Origin: Octopus sinensis
Taxonomy: Eukaryota
Direction of reading: 5' to 3'
NCBI RefSeq assembly: GCF_006345805.1
Contig: NC_043018.1
Coordinates: 19,654,001 to 19,718,000 of the forward strand
Length of the DNA: 64,000 nt
A program made the translations under genes and the position numbers. The first letter of the stretch is position 1; every line of letters starts with the position of its first letter. Shown here piece by piece: positions 1 through 12,369 of the stretch. The notes below the pieces were generated by a model. It had not been told where the DNA came from. It worked only from the letters and a program-made list of their open reading frames with translations, and made no database searches.

Positions 1-239
1 TGGTGTATACAGTGTGACTATAAATTATGTTTACAACTTCCATACTTTTAAACTCCATATTGTATAGAGGTTTTATGGACACCCTATAATATTATGTTGT
101 TACACTATAATATTGTATTGTTATTGAAAGCATATTTTTGGTTGCAGTTATAAATTTGGAAATTTTTAAATCAATCGAAAATTTTCGAATTTCGTATATG
201 TAATTTTTTAAGCTGAGTTCAAATTTGGGATTTATTTGT

Positions 240-629
240 TGCACCGCCCCCGACTGGCCTCGTGCCGGTGGCACATAGAAAGCACCATCCGTTCATGGCC
301 ATTGCCAGTCTCACCTGGCCCCCGTGCCAGTGGCACGTAAAAAGCACCATCCGATCGTGGCCGTTTGCCAGCCTCACGTGGCCCCCATGCCGGTGGCACG
401 TAAAAAGCACCATCTGATCGTGGCCGTTTGCCAGACTCGTGTGGCACGTAAAAAGCACCCACTACACTCACAGAGTGGTTGGCATTAGGAAGGGCATCCA
501 GCTGTAGAAACATTGCCAGATCAGACCGGGCCTGGTGCAGCCTTCTGGCTTCCCAGACCCCAGTTGAACCGTCCAACCCATGCTAGCATGGAAAACGGAC
601 GCTAAACGATGATGATGATGATGATGATG
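240..629 (+). mobile_element. Family B: 5'-truncated 3' UTR of an RTE-type LINE, with about 4 units of a 60-62 bp minisatellite and a (GAT)n tail
   Basis: Repeated GTGGCACGTAAAAAGCACCATCCGATCGTGGCC units, then AGGAAGGGCATCCAGCTGTAGAAAC...GCATGGAAAACGGACGCTAAACGATGATGAT; matches the copies at 27830 and 42463 that retain ORF2 C-termini. Confidence 0.8.
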
Positions 630-1023
630 TTACAAAGGTTCAAAATTTGACCATTTTTTTAGTCCAATAAGAAGACAAGAATCAGAGGCTGGGCATTTTC
701 TGCATGATCGCTGTCTTTTAGAAAATGCCGGACAGAAATAACAACAGGCACAAAATGATACCACATGTCAAAACTTGTGCGGGTGGTTTCAGTGGTGAAA
801 TTGCCACAGTTGTCTGTCCTGTCTTCATTATAACAAGGACGCTATACTGCACAGTCTTGTACTACAGCATCCTTGTTACAATGAAGACGAGGTAACCTAT
901 AGCTTTACTTGTTACTATGGAAACAGGCACCAAATTACCCAAAATTTGCAAACTTTACAAGCTGTTAATTCTTTATTTATTTGTTTATGACAAAAATGAA
1001 TTTCATTTTCCTAATTAGCATAC

Positions 1024-1206
1024 AGGTGTAGGAGTGGCTGCATGGTAAGTAGCTTGCTTATGAACCACATGGTTCTGGGTTCAGTCCCGCTGCATGGCAC
1101 CTTGGGCAAGTGTCTTCTGCTATAACCTAGGGCCGACCAAAGCCTTGTGAGTGGATTTGGTAGACGGAAACTGAAAGAAGCCTGTCGTATGTATGTATAT
1201 ATATAC

Positions 1207-1244
<38 letters not shown>

Positions 1245-1448
1245 TTCCCCAACATCGCTTGACAACCGATGCTGGTGTGTTTACGTCCCTGTAACTTAGT
1301 GGTTCGGCAAAAAAGAGGCCAATAGAATAAGTACTAGGCTTACAAAGAATAAGTCCTGGTGTCGATTTGCTTCGACTAAAGGTGGTGCTCCAGTATGGCC
1401 ATAGTCAAATGACTGAAACAGTCAAATGAAAGAGTAAAAGAGTAAAAA
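1024..1448 (+). mobile_element. Family A bipartite tRNA-derived SINE (head + TA/TG microsatellite + 3' half + AAAAGAGT tail)
   Basis: A-box-like GGAGTGGCTGCATGGTAAG, B-box-like GGGTTCAGTCCC, CORE-like CACCTTGGGCAAGTGTCTT, tail GAGTAAAAGAGTAAAA; about 25 copies in the window. Confidence 0.85.
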
Positions 1449-1639
1449 AATTTGTGAAACAAAACGTTGTTGTTGTTGCTGTTGCTGATGATGATGATGA
1501 TGTTGATGTTGTCTATGTCAGAGTACCGAAGGCAGGCTTTCTTTTTGGTAATCAGAGTTTGTTTTTCTGTGGAACTGAACCCAGAATGATGTGGTTGGTA
1601 AGCAAAGTTCTTAGCACACAGCCATGTTCCCTCTCCCAT

Positions 1640-1798
1640 CCCACTATCATCACCACCACCACCACCACCACCACCAGCATCACCCCCCCACCATCACATC
1701 ACCATCACCACCACCACCCCACCACCCACCACCACCACCACCAACCACCACCAACACCAACCACCCCACCCCACAACCACCACCACCACCACCACCAC

Positions 1799-1845
<47 letters not shown>

Positions 1846-1895
1846 CATCTCTTACATCATCATCATCATCATCATCATCATCACCATCATCATTT
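1640..1895. repeat. (CAC)n/(CAT)n microsatellite tract
   Basis: Directly visible; source of the His/Pro/Ser-rich ORFs in the track. Confidence 0.95.
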
Positions 1896-2904
1896 AGCAT
1901 CCGCTTCCCATGCTGCCTGGGTTAGACAGTTTGACTGGAACAGGGGGCACCGGAGGGCCGTACCAGGGGTCAGTTTGATTTTGGCCTGGTTTCTATGGCC
2001 AGATGGCCTTCACCCTTACATATTTAATATTTCGCATTTGACTAAACTATCATGGTCCAAATTTAATAAGAATATCAAACGAAGGGGCATCCAGCCATAG
2101 CAACCACACCAAAGCAGATATTGGCATTTGGTGCAGCCCCTCTTGCTTGACAGCTCCTGTGGAATCGGTCAACTTGTACCAGCATGGAAAATAGAAAATA
2201 AATAATGATGATGGTCATAGCAAACTGGATTCACACTCTATACATTTGTTTATCAACTAAATGCAGATTGCTTCTTTCAATGTGTTTTGTGTTGTCAATA
2301 ATTTCAACATGGCCAATGCGCAAACAGAGTCTGTATGGATTATCGTGTTTTTTTTTTTCCCCTTTCCTTAGTGATTGCCTAGCATTAACAATTTTGTTAA
2401 TAACTAATGTACACATTTAGGAATAAGAGACGTGATGACAATCAGAAATGAAACCGGGAGAAATGTCATGAAGATATAAATATTGGGTAACAAAAAAAAA
2501 AAACCATTCTAAAAGGAGGAGATTAATTGGAGGAAAATGTTTTGTCTTGTCTACGACGACAGCAACAACTCCCAGTCTTTTGTGTTACTTAGTTGAATCC
2601 ATTTTTGTTGAAAGCATTTAGAATAGAATTCAGGTTTCAGTGCAATTTGCTGCCCAGCAATCAATAGGCCTTGGTGTGAATGTGTGATTGTGAACCAAAA
2701 GGTTGCTGGTTCAGTCCCACTGCACAGCATCATAGGTAAGTGTCTTCTACTATAGCTAACCAAAGCTTTGTGAATAGATTTGTTGAAAGGAAACCACAGA
2801 GAAGCTTGTGGAATATATATATATATATTCATCATCATCATCATCGAACGGACGTTAAACGATGATGATATATATATATATATATTATATATATATATAT
2901 ATGT

Positions 2905-3273
2905 ATGGCACATAAAAAGCACCACCTGACTGTGGCCGTTGCCAGCGCCGCCCCTGACTGGCCTCCGTGCCGGTGGCACATAAAAAGCACCATCCGATCG
3001 GGGCCGTTTGCCAGCCTCACCTGGCCCCCGTGCCGGTGGCACGTAAAAACCACCATCCGTCCGTGACCGCTTCCAGCCTCATCTGGCACCTGTGCTGGTG
3101 GCACGTAAAAAGCACCCACTACACTCACGGAGTGGTTGGCATTAGGAAGGGCATCCAGCCGTAGAAACATTGCCAGATCAGACTGGGCCTGGTGCAGCCT
3201 CCTGGCTTCCCAGACCCCAGTTGAACCGTCCAACCCATGCTAGCATGGAAAGCGGATGTTAAACAATGATGAT
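2905..3273 (+). mobile_element. Family B RTE 3' UTR copy with minisatellite
   Basis: Same motifs as 240-629. Confidence 0.8.
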
Positions 3274-3276
3274 ATA

Positions 3277-3445
3277 TAGCTGTGTGGCAAGAAGCTTACC
3301 AACCACATGGTTCTGGGTTTAGTCTCACTGCATGGCACCTTGAGCAAGTGTCTTCTACTATAGCCTTGGTCCGACTAAAGCCTTGTGAGTGGATTTGGTA
3401 GATAGAAACTGAAAGAAGCCTGTCATATATATGCATATGTGTGTG

Positions 3446-3479
<34 letters not shown>

Positions 3480-3620
3480 TGTGTGTATGTGTGTCTGTGT
3501 TTGTCTCACCCCCACCATCACTTACAAAGAATAAATCCTGGGGTTGATTTGTTTGACTAAAGGCGGTGCTCCAGCATGGTCACAGTCAAATGACTGAAAC
3601 AAATAAAAGAGTAAAAGAGT
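3277..3620 (+). mobile_element. Family A SINE (3' half partly deleted)
   Basis: Head, microsatellite and AAAAGAGT tail match family A. Confidence 0.8.
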
Positions 3621-3670
3621 ATATATATATATATGTTTATGTATATATATATATATATTATATATATATA

Positions 3671-4545
3671 CAGATGTGGTGAATAAACTGTCGTCTGAAT
3701 TACACAAAATGAATATGACACTGACATCTCATTTTAACAGATATATTTATCAAAATTACATAAAAATATCTTGAAATACTAAAGAGTAAATTTATTCAAT
3801 AAAATTGCCATCGGCTTCAACCACAGCCTCCAGACGACTTCGGAATCTCCTGCAACTCTTCTGGACGGTCTCCTTGTTTAAGTTGGTGAATGCTGCCATA
3901 ATCTTTGCCTTCAGTTCATCTTTGGTGTTGCGAGGAGTTTTGTTGGTCTCTCGCTCAACTGCACCCCACACATAATAATCAAGGGGCTTGCAGTCTGGGG
4001 AGGGAGTTCGGTGGCCAGATGTTAGGGGTGATGTGGTCGCAGAAATTGTCTGACAGCCATGACTGGGTTCTCCTGTTTGTGTGGCATGGTGCAGAGTCCT
4101 GTTGCCAGACATAGGGTCTTCCAGTAGTCACTGTCTTGACCCAGGGCAGCACTACCTTCTTCAGGCACTTGATGTAGGCCTCCATGTTGAGTCTGAGGCC
4201 ATGTGGGAAGATGAATGGAGGCATAGTATTGCGATCTTTAGTGATCACTCCAAACACCATAATGTTGACTGGATGTTTGATTTTTATCACTCTCAGAACA
4301 TGTCCTCAGATTGACACCCAAACACTCTGAAATATTTGTACTGGAGCTTCCGGTGCAAATGCCAAGCAGTACTGCATGTCCTTTCCAAATTTGTGGAAGA
4401 GTGAATTGTGTCATGGTGTTGGTTTTCTCACAGATGGTGCCCAACTGACCCTACTATACTGTGTAGTCGACAAAATCAAAAACAAACAATGTGCATGCAC
4501 AAAATTAAAAGTATAAAATGGCAGCAATTTATTCATCGCAGCCTG
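3671..4545 (-). mobile_element. Internally deleted Tc1/mariner element, DD37D (maT)-type transposase remnant
   Basis: Minus-strand peptide ...VVLPWVKTVTTGRPYVWQQDSAPCHTNRRTQSWLSDNFCDHITPNIWPPNS/PDCKPLDYYVWGAVERETNK... gives 37 residues between the two Asp after removing a 4-nt insertion; imperfect TIRs CAGATGTGGTGAATAAA / CAGGCTGCGATGAATAAA flanked by TA. Confidence 0.85.
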
Positions 4546-4558
4546 TGTATATATATAT

Positions 4559-4613
<55 letters not shown>

Positions 4614-4719
4614 ATATACATATATATATTATATATATATATACAATATATATATATACATATATATATATATACACACCACACACACACACATATATAT
4701 ATATATATGTATGCATATA

Positions 4720-4950
4720 TGTATGTGTGTTTGTATCTGTGTTTGTCCCTCTGACCATCACTTGACTACTGATGTTGGTGTGTTTACGTCCCTATAACAT
4801 AACAGTTGGGCAAAAGAGACCAATAGAATAAGTACCAGGTTTACAAAGAATAAGTCCAGGGGTCGACTTCTTCAACTAAAAGGCGGTGCTCCAGCATGGC
4901 CACAGTCAAACTGACTGAAACAAGTAAAAGAATACAAGAATAAAAGAATA
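4720..4950 (+). mobile_element. Family A SINE 3' half
   Basis: TGTTTGTCC...GATAGAATAAGTAC...GGCGGTGCTCCAGCATGGCC...AAAAGAAT. Confidence 0.8.
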
Positions 4951-4961
4951 TATATATATAT

Positions 4962-5160
4962 AAAGTTAATCCAAACAAGAAAACACAAAAGAACAACAAT
5001 GCGAGGGCGTGGAACAAATATAGTATTATTGGATGGTCAGGAAAGAAGGGAAGAAGGAGGGTTTAACGTTTCGAGCGGAGCTCTTCGTCGGAAACATAGG
5101 AGAAGGAAAGATCCAGAGAAAGGAAGACAGAGGAAAAAAAATCGCTAACGGTACACACAC
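4962..5160 (-). mobile_element. Family D Penelope-like terminal fragment containing a minimal hammerhead-like motif (5061-5095)
   Basis: Reverse complement of the copies at 8055 and 23755; GTTT-CCGACGA-A-GAGCTCCGCTC-GAAA-CGTT-AAAC. Confidence 0.6.
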
Positions 5161-5855
5161 ATCATCATCATCATCATCATCATCATTTAACGTCCGCTTT
5201 CCATGCTAGCATGGGTTGGACGGTTCAACTGGGGTCTGGGGAGCCCGAAGGCTGCACCAGGCCAGTCAGATCTGGCAATGTTTCTACAGCTGGATGCCCT
5301 TCCTAACACCAACCACTCGAGGTGTAGTGGGTGATTTTATGTGCCACCGACACGGTGCCAGACGAGGCTGGCGAACGGCCACGCTCGGATGGTGTTTTTA
5401 TGTGCCACCGACACAGGTGCCAGACAAGGCTAGCAGAAAACCACGCTCGGATGGTGTTTTATGTGCCACCGACACAGGTGCCAGACAAGGCTAGCAGACG
5501 ACCACGCTCAGATGGTGTTTTTTTATGTGCCACCGACACAGGTGCCAGACGAGGCTGGCGAACGGCCACGCTTGGATGGTTTTTTTATGTGCCACCGACA
5601 CAGGTGCCAGACAAGGCTAGCAGACGACCACGCTCGGATGGTGTTTTTTATGTGCCACCGACACAGGAGCCAGATTAGGCTGGTGATCGGCCACGATTGG
5701 ATGGTGATTATTACGTGCCCACAGCATGGAGGCCAGTCGGTGCGGTACTGGCTACGGCCACGTTCGGATGGTTTTCTTGTGTGCCACCGGCACTGGTACC
5801 ACATAGATACAAATTCCATTGATGTTCATCTATTTTGATTTTGTTTGATTTGATT
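5160..5855 (-). mobile_element. Family B RTE 3' UTR copy with an expanded minisatellite (about 7-8 units of 60-62 bp at 5330-5790)
   Basis: (CAT)n tail at 5160; tandem GGATGGTGTTTTTATGTGCCACCGACACAGGTGCCAGAC units. Confidence 0.85.
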
Positions 5856-5876
5856 TCAAAATCAAATATATATATA

Positions 5877-5922
<46 letters not shown>

Positions 5923-6452
5923 TGGTTAGGATTCCTGGCTTTCACCCAGGAGGCCTGGGTTCCATTCCCAGCATGATGATGATTATTACCATGATGGTCA
6001 CGAAAGATCATGTAGTGACTGTAAAAAGGGGCATCACAAGGGCCTGTCCCCTTTTATAGTCAGACATTTCATAAAAAACAAGGACCAAAAATAAACTCCG
6101 AAAAAAACCAAAGAAAAATAATTTCCTCTTAGATATTTTTAACCGCAGAATTTGTGTTTGTCCCCTTGTATTTTATGGGGCATTTTTTTTATTTTTATCC
6201 AATTGGCACTGAATCTTTCCCTCTGGCACCAGATTGGATGTGAGACAACATATGGAACACTGCCAGATTTATTGCAGATTTATTTCTTAGGCTGACATTT
6301 TAATATATAATGCAGTTGAATGCATGTGTTGCATATTTTGCAGTTTTGCATTTCAAGCAGGATTGCAAGGAAGATACAAGAATGAGATTAAACAAAACAA
6401 GGGAATGTTAAGTCTGCATGTGGCCGTATACATATGTATATGTGGGCATATA

Positions 6453-6808
6453 TCATCATCATCATCATCGTTTAACGTCCGTTCTCCATGCTAGCATGGG
6501 TTGGATGGTTCGACCGGAGATCTGGGAAGCCAGAAGGCTGCACCAGGCTCCAGTCTTATCTGGCAGTATTTCTACAGCTGGATGCCCTTCCTAATGCCAA
6601 CCACTCCGTGAGTGTAGCGGGTGCTTTTTACGTGCCACCTGCACAGGTGCCAGGCGAGGCTGGCAATGGCCACGGTCGGATTGGTGTATTTTACGTGCCA
6701 CCGGCATGGAAGCCAGTCGAGGCGGCGCTGGCATCGGCCACAAGTCGGATAGTGCTTTTTACGTACCACCAGACCAGGGATCCTGGCTGGTTCAATTTGA
6801 TTTCGATG
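6453..6808 (-). mobile_element. Family B RTE 3' UTR copy
   Basis: CATCATCGTTTAACGTCCG...GGATGCCCTTCCTAATGCC...GGTGCTTTTTACGTGCC. Confidence 0.8.
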
Positions 6809-6829
6809 TCTAAATATATATATATATAT

Positions 6830-7021
6830 TCTTTTGACTGTGGCCATGCTGGAACACCGCCTTTATTCGAACAAATTGACCCCAGGACTTATTCTTTGCA
6901 AGCCTAGTACTTATTCCATCAGTCTCTTTTGCTGAACCTCTAAGTAACAGGGGCCGTAAACACACCATCGGTTGTCAAGCGATGGTGGGGGACAAACACA
7001 GACACAGGCAGACACACACAT

Positions 7022-7052
<31 letters not shown>

Positions 7053-7232
7053 CACACATACACACATATATATGTATATACGAGGGGCTTCTTTCAGTTT
7101 CCATCTACCAAATCCACTCACAAGGCTTTGGTTGGTTTGAGGCTAAAGTAGAAGACATTTTCCCAAGGTGCCACACTTTGGGACTGAACCCAGAATCATG
7201 TGGTTGGTAAGCAACCTACTTACCACACAGCC
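6830..7232 (-). mobile_element. Family A SINE
   Basis: Reverse complement of the family A pattern with an internal (CA)n tract. Confidence 0.85.
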
Positions 7233-7233
7233 A

Positions 7234-7283
<50 letters not shown>

Positions 7284-7349
7284 CATAATATATATATATA
7301 TTATATATATAATAATATGTATATATATATATATATGTATGTGTGTGTT

Positions 7350-7563
7350 TGTGTTGTGTGTCTGTGTTTGTCCCTCTAGCATTGCTTGACAACCGATGCT
7401 GGTGTGTTTACGTCCCCGTCACTTAGCAGTTCAGCAAAAGAGACTGATAGAATAAGTACTGGGCTTACAAAGAATAAGTCCCGGGGTCGATTTGCTCAAC
7501 TAAAGGCGGTACTCCAGCATGGCCGCAGTGAAATGACTGAAACAAGTAAAAGAGTAAAGAGAG
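7350..7563 (+). mobile_element. Family A SINE 3' half followed by (TA)n, (GA)n and (GATA)n tracts
   Basis: Family A 3' motifs and tail. Confidence 0.85.
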
Positions 7564-7606
<43 letters not shown>

Positions 7607-7620
7607 TGAGAGAGAGAGAG

Positions 7621-7697
<77 letters not shown>

Positions 7698-7704
7698 CAT
7701 GCAA

Positions 7705-7926
7705 ATGAGGGTGTGTTGAAAAGTTACAGGCTTTAGGTAAAAGAAAATACAGGACGGTCAGTCAGTTATGATTGTATATTCAAAATATTCCTCTCTCAGA
7801 TTCACACACTTATTGCAGCGGTCATCCACTTTTCCTAAGCCCTGTAAAAGAACTCGAAAGGCTGGGCCTCCAACCAGGCCTTTCGCAATACCCTTAAAAC
7901 AGGGAACTTTTCAGCATCCCCTTGTA
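7705..7926. mobile_element. Mariner-type MITE
   Basis: Imperfect TIRs GAGGGTGTGTTGAAAAGTTACAGGCTTTA / reverse complement AAGGGGATGCTGAAAAGTTCCCTGTTTTA. Confidence 0.65.
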
Positions 7927-8054
7927 CATGTGTATAGGTATGTGTGTGCGTTTGAACAATTTTCATGATGTTTCATATTTAGATGCTTTTATTAATTTCA
8001 TTCAGTTGTTAAACATAAATAAATCTTAGAATTAAATGTTTTTGATTTACTGTC

Positions 8055-8245
8055 AGGCGATTTTTTTCCCTCTGTCTTCCCTTCTCTGGATCTTTCCTTC
8101 TCCTATGTTTCCGACGAAGAGCTCCGCTCGAAACGTTAAACCCTCCTGCTTTCCTTCTTTCCTGAGCGTCCAATAATACTATATTTGTTCCACGTCCTCG
8201 CGTTGTTGTGTTTTTTTGTGCTTTTTTGTTTGGATTAAATTGATA
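8055..8245 (+). mobile_element. Family D Penelope-like fragment with hammerhead-like motif at 8107-8141
   Basis: Near-identical to 4962-5160 (reverse complement) and 23755-23960. Confidence 0.6.
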
Positions 8246-8423
8246 TATATATATACATACATACAGCAGTCAGTTATAAGCAAGGTTTTGGTCAGTTAGC
8301 ATCTGGACCACACGACCTCATGTTCCTAAAATTCATATCTACATCTTTATCTATATATTTGCCTTCCCTAAGATGTTATTACTTGATTTGAAAACTTTTA
8401 TATTATTGGAAAACCTATATAAA

Positions 8424-8509
8424 TTAGCTGAAGATTACTCAGCATCTTAAATCTGCTGTGATATTTACAGCTTTTAATAAAATGTTGTAGTATGAAACAA
8501 TTCTACTAA
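8424..8509 (+). ncRNA. Type I hammerhead-ribozyme-like motif (ACAATTGT stem III family)
   Basis: TTAG-CTGAAGA-stem II (TACTCAGCAT/ATGTTG-T-AGTA)-GAAA-CAATTC-TA-CTAA; a second partial copy near 41297-41375 has the perfect palindrome GAAACAATTGTA. Confidence 0.55.
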
Positions 8510-8576
8510 ATTACCAGATTCATTCTTGTTGCTTATTTTTGATATATATATATGTATGTATATATATATATATGTA

Positions 8577-8612
<36 letters not shown>

Positions 8613-9308
8613 TGTATGTATGTGCATGTGTGTATGTTAATGCATGTGCTGTAGTGCAAAAGTACATGTTACCCCACATATTTTAAATAGTTATTCAAAT
8701 AATATTTTTTTTAATCAAATGCAATTAGAACATTAATGAGAAAAAAATTCAAATTTTAATGAAAATCAACAAAAGATAAAAAAAACAAAAAACATTAATG
8801 CTAATGAAAATTAATTTCAAAACACACAAGGGAACGAACTTCTCGACTCCCAGCCACTTAAAAAAAAATATAATAGAGACATAGAGAGAGGATGGAGAAA
8901 GTTGGCAAGTCTGATGTACGGTAGCTATGGTGATAATGCGAGACAAGTTTCAACCATCTGGGTCCTTTCAGTGGTGCGTAACTGTGTCTCAGAGATACCA
9001 GACGATACTTTGGGTTACCATTCCAATGTCACTATTTGAATGTGCCGAGATTGGCGAATTATTTTCACACAAAAATTTTGCAGCTATTAGTCATCCTAAG
9101 GTCTTGGCAGCTGCAAACGATAATGAAAAAATTACTGTGTCCGCAACTTTCTCACGCTTACAGTCTTCATTTTGATATAGATATTGACCGACAATAAAGC
9201 AGCGTGTATGAAACTTGCCTATCAGGTTAGATCAATAATTGGTCATGATACTCTCTCTCCTTCCCTCTCACCACCCCTTCTCTCTCCATCTATATATATA
9301 TATATGTC

Positions 9309-9343
<35 letters not shown>

Positions 9344-9350
9344 TATATTA

Positions 9351-9415
<65 letters not shown>

Positions 9416-9429
9416 GTAATATATATATA

Positions 9430-9484
<55 letters not shown>

Positions 9485-9641
9485 TACTATACCTACATTT
9501 TAATCAACCGTTTCCTCCTCTTAAGAATCAATAATGTGTTAGCTATTGTTTATTCCCAGTTTCTGCTTCAGGATATATATTTAATATATGTAAACATACG
9601 TGTGTATATATGCATGTATGTATGTATGTATGTATGTATGT

Positions 9642-9672
<31 letters not shown>

Positions 9673-9698
9673 GTATTTATATATATATATATAGTATG

Positions 9699-9738
<40 letters not shown>

Positions 9739-9739
9739 T

Positions 9740-9772
<33 letters not shown>

Positions 9773-9786
9773 TTATATATATAATG

Positions 9787-9820
<34 letters not shown>

Positions 9821-10093
9821 TGTATGTATACGTACATATTTATGAATATATTTATGTTTGTATGTACATACGTATGTATTTATGTACAAATATATATGTA
9901 GAGAGGCAAACACACACATGTATATGTATATATATGCCATGCTGGTTGGTGTTAGGAAGGGCATCCATCTGTAGAAACCATGGCGAATCAGACTGGAGTC
10001 TGGTGCAGCACCACACCCCCACCCTCGACTTGCCAGCTCTGGTCACATCATCCGACTCATGGTCACAGTCCAGTGACTGAAACAAATAAAAGA

Positions 10094-10262
10094 ATCATCA
10101 TCATCATCATCATCATCATCATTTAACCTGCGTTGTCCATGCTGGCATGGGTTTGACGGTTTGACCAGGGCTGGGAAGCAGGAAGGCTGCACCAGACTCC
10201 ACTCTGACTTGGCATGTTTCTCTACAGTTGGATGCCCTTCCTAATGCCAGCCACTCTGAGAA
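10094..10262 (-). mobile_element. Family B 3' end (minus strand), next to a diverged + strand B/A chimera at 9938-10094
   Basis: (CAT)n tail followed by family B motifs. Confidence 0.7.
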
Positions 10263-11109
10263 TGAAACAAACCTAGTTCTTTCTGTCCATTCAGGTAACT
10301 GTAATAGTGTTCCTGTTATCGCCCATGGAAATTGCCTTTCCAAAGTCGGGCCCTTAACGATCCCAACAAATCCATGAAGCTTTGTTTCTCTATGGAAATT
10401 TATTATCAACTAGCTGGAAACCTGTGCCAAAGAATCCCTCATGCAGCCATGGGATCGACATTTTGGAACCTGCCAACCACAATTATCCGTGGTGGACCGT
10501 AAAAATTCATAGAATGAGGTCTGTCAAAGACTTGCTGTTTATGCCAGTCATCAGTAATTGCCAAGTCTTGGGAAATTTGGCAAGAGCAACAAATGCTTCG
10601 TTTGACATCCCAAAAGCCTTAAAAATTGTGTCTCTGTGTATCTGAAATGGGTATCATCTGCCAAAGTTGTCTATTTTGGGGGCCCCGCCCATATAGCGTC
10701 TTTTAGATAAGAAGTTTCCTGTCACATGAAGGGAGAAATCGCATTCTGTGTCAAGGATACTCTTTCTCTCCCTACCTCACTGTCTGTCTGTCTGTCTGTC
10801 TGTCTCTATGTCTCTGTCTGTCTGTCTGTCTTTCTGTCTCTCCCTAAACCCCAATTTTTATAAAATCTGTTTTACCTCCAACCACAAACATGCAGTTGAC
10901 TATACCCCAGCCATGGGGACTGCCTTTCCCACTGGCTAAAGAATGTATATGTATGTTTGTATGCATGCATGTATGTGTATGTGTATGTATGTATGTATGT
11001 ATGTATGTATGTATATATGTATATATGTATGCATGTATGTATGTGTGTATGTGTATATATATATGTATGTGTATATATGTATGTCTATATGCTTGTAAAG
11101 ATGTATATA

Positions 11110-11145
<36 letters not shown>

Positions 11146-11467
11146 TTATATATATTTCTATATATATCTATTTCTCTCTCTCTCTCTCTCTCTCTCTATG
11201 TGTACGTATGTGTGTACGTGCAAATGTGTGTGTGCATGCGTGTGTATTTTAATTTAAGGAAAACAAATATTTATAATTTCGTTTTTTGATTTGGTTTGCA
11301 AGATTCTTTATGTGAGTTCGTGTGTTGAAACATTTTTTGTTGTGTCTGGGAAAAGTCATTTTCTTTTTGCGCCTTATAATTTAACACACTCACTGGTAAA
11401 ATAAATAAAAAAACGACTATTGAAAAGGTTGCAAAATGCAACGAAAATTTTAGGAAAAATAAATAAG

Positions 11468-11875
11468 TAGGTGCAGGAGAGGGTGTGTGGAAAGTAGCTT
11501 GCTTACCAACTACATGGTTCCGGGTTCAGCCCTACTGCGTGGCACCTTGGGCAAGTATCTTCTACTATATAGCCTTGGGCCGACCAAAGCCTTGTGAGTG
11601 GATTTGGTAGACAGAAACTGAAAGAAGCCCGTCATGTGTGTGTGTGTGTGTATCTGTGTGTATGTGTGTGTGTGTGTGTTTATGTTTGTGTGTCTGTGTT
11701 TATCACCCCAACATCACTTGACAACCGATGCTGGTGTGTTTGTCTCTGTAACTTAGTGGTTCGGCAAAGAGACTGATAGAATAAGTTCTAGGCTTACAAA
11801 GAATAAGTGCTGGGGTCGATTTGCTCAACTAAAGGCGGTGCTCCAGCATGACTGAAACAAGTAAACATAAAAGAA
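11468..11875 (+). mobile_element. Family A SINE inserted into an older repeat (11275-11465 continuing at 11880-11945; related copy at 56380-56590)
   Basis: Family A motifs; the two flanks join into GAAAATTTTAGGAAAA...GTGGAAA-TTTACCAGTGAGTGTGTTAAA, which is contiguous at 56420-56480. Confidence 0.8.
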
Positions 11876-12369
11876 AAGCAAATGAGTGGAAACTTTACCA
11901 GTGAGTGTGTTAAAAAAAATGACTCTCCCCAGACACAACAAAATGTCTATTAGAAAAACCAAAATAAGAAAATGGAGGAATAGATTTCTATCAATCATCA
12001 ACTACTAGATAATACCAATTCATATAATTTATTAACTAATTATTTAGGAACATCCAGATCAAACAGAATAATACAGAATAAAACAGTACACATCAATGAG
12101 TAAGATAATACCATAAGTACAATACATATAAATAAATATAGATATAAAATGGATCTTACAGCTGTTTCAGCCATGTAGATAAGAGTATCTCATTATGCTC
12201 ATATTAGTCAGATGTATTAAGGTAATATGCAGTTATAAACCAATATATTTTTATAGAATTTGGTAAACGCATTCTTAGATACACATAGCATAAAACCATT
12301 CAATAAAATCACCTTCAGTCTCAATTACTGTCTTGATATGGCTTCTGATGTGATTTTGAAAAATTTTTG

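Noticed and set aside
1454-2100. His/Pro/Ser-rich ORFs, also 33281-33961
   Set aside because: Translations of (CAC)n, (CAT)n and (GAT)n microsatellites
5330-5790. CRISPR-like regular array
   Set aside because: The units are wholly repeated with no unique spacers, they lie within a LINE 3' UTR, and there are no cas genes
10295-10645. Unique-looking block with partial open frames, faintly like a decayed CR1-type reverse transcriptase on the minus strand
   Set aside because: Stops interrupt every frame I translated and the motif match is too weak to call; a BLASTx or HMM search would decide
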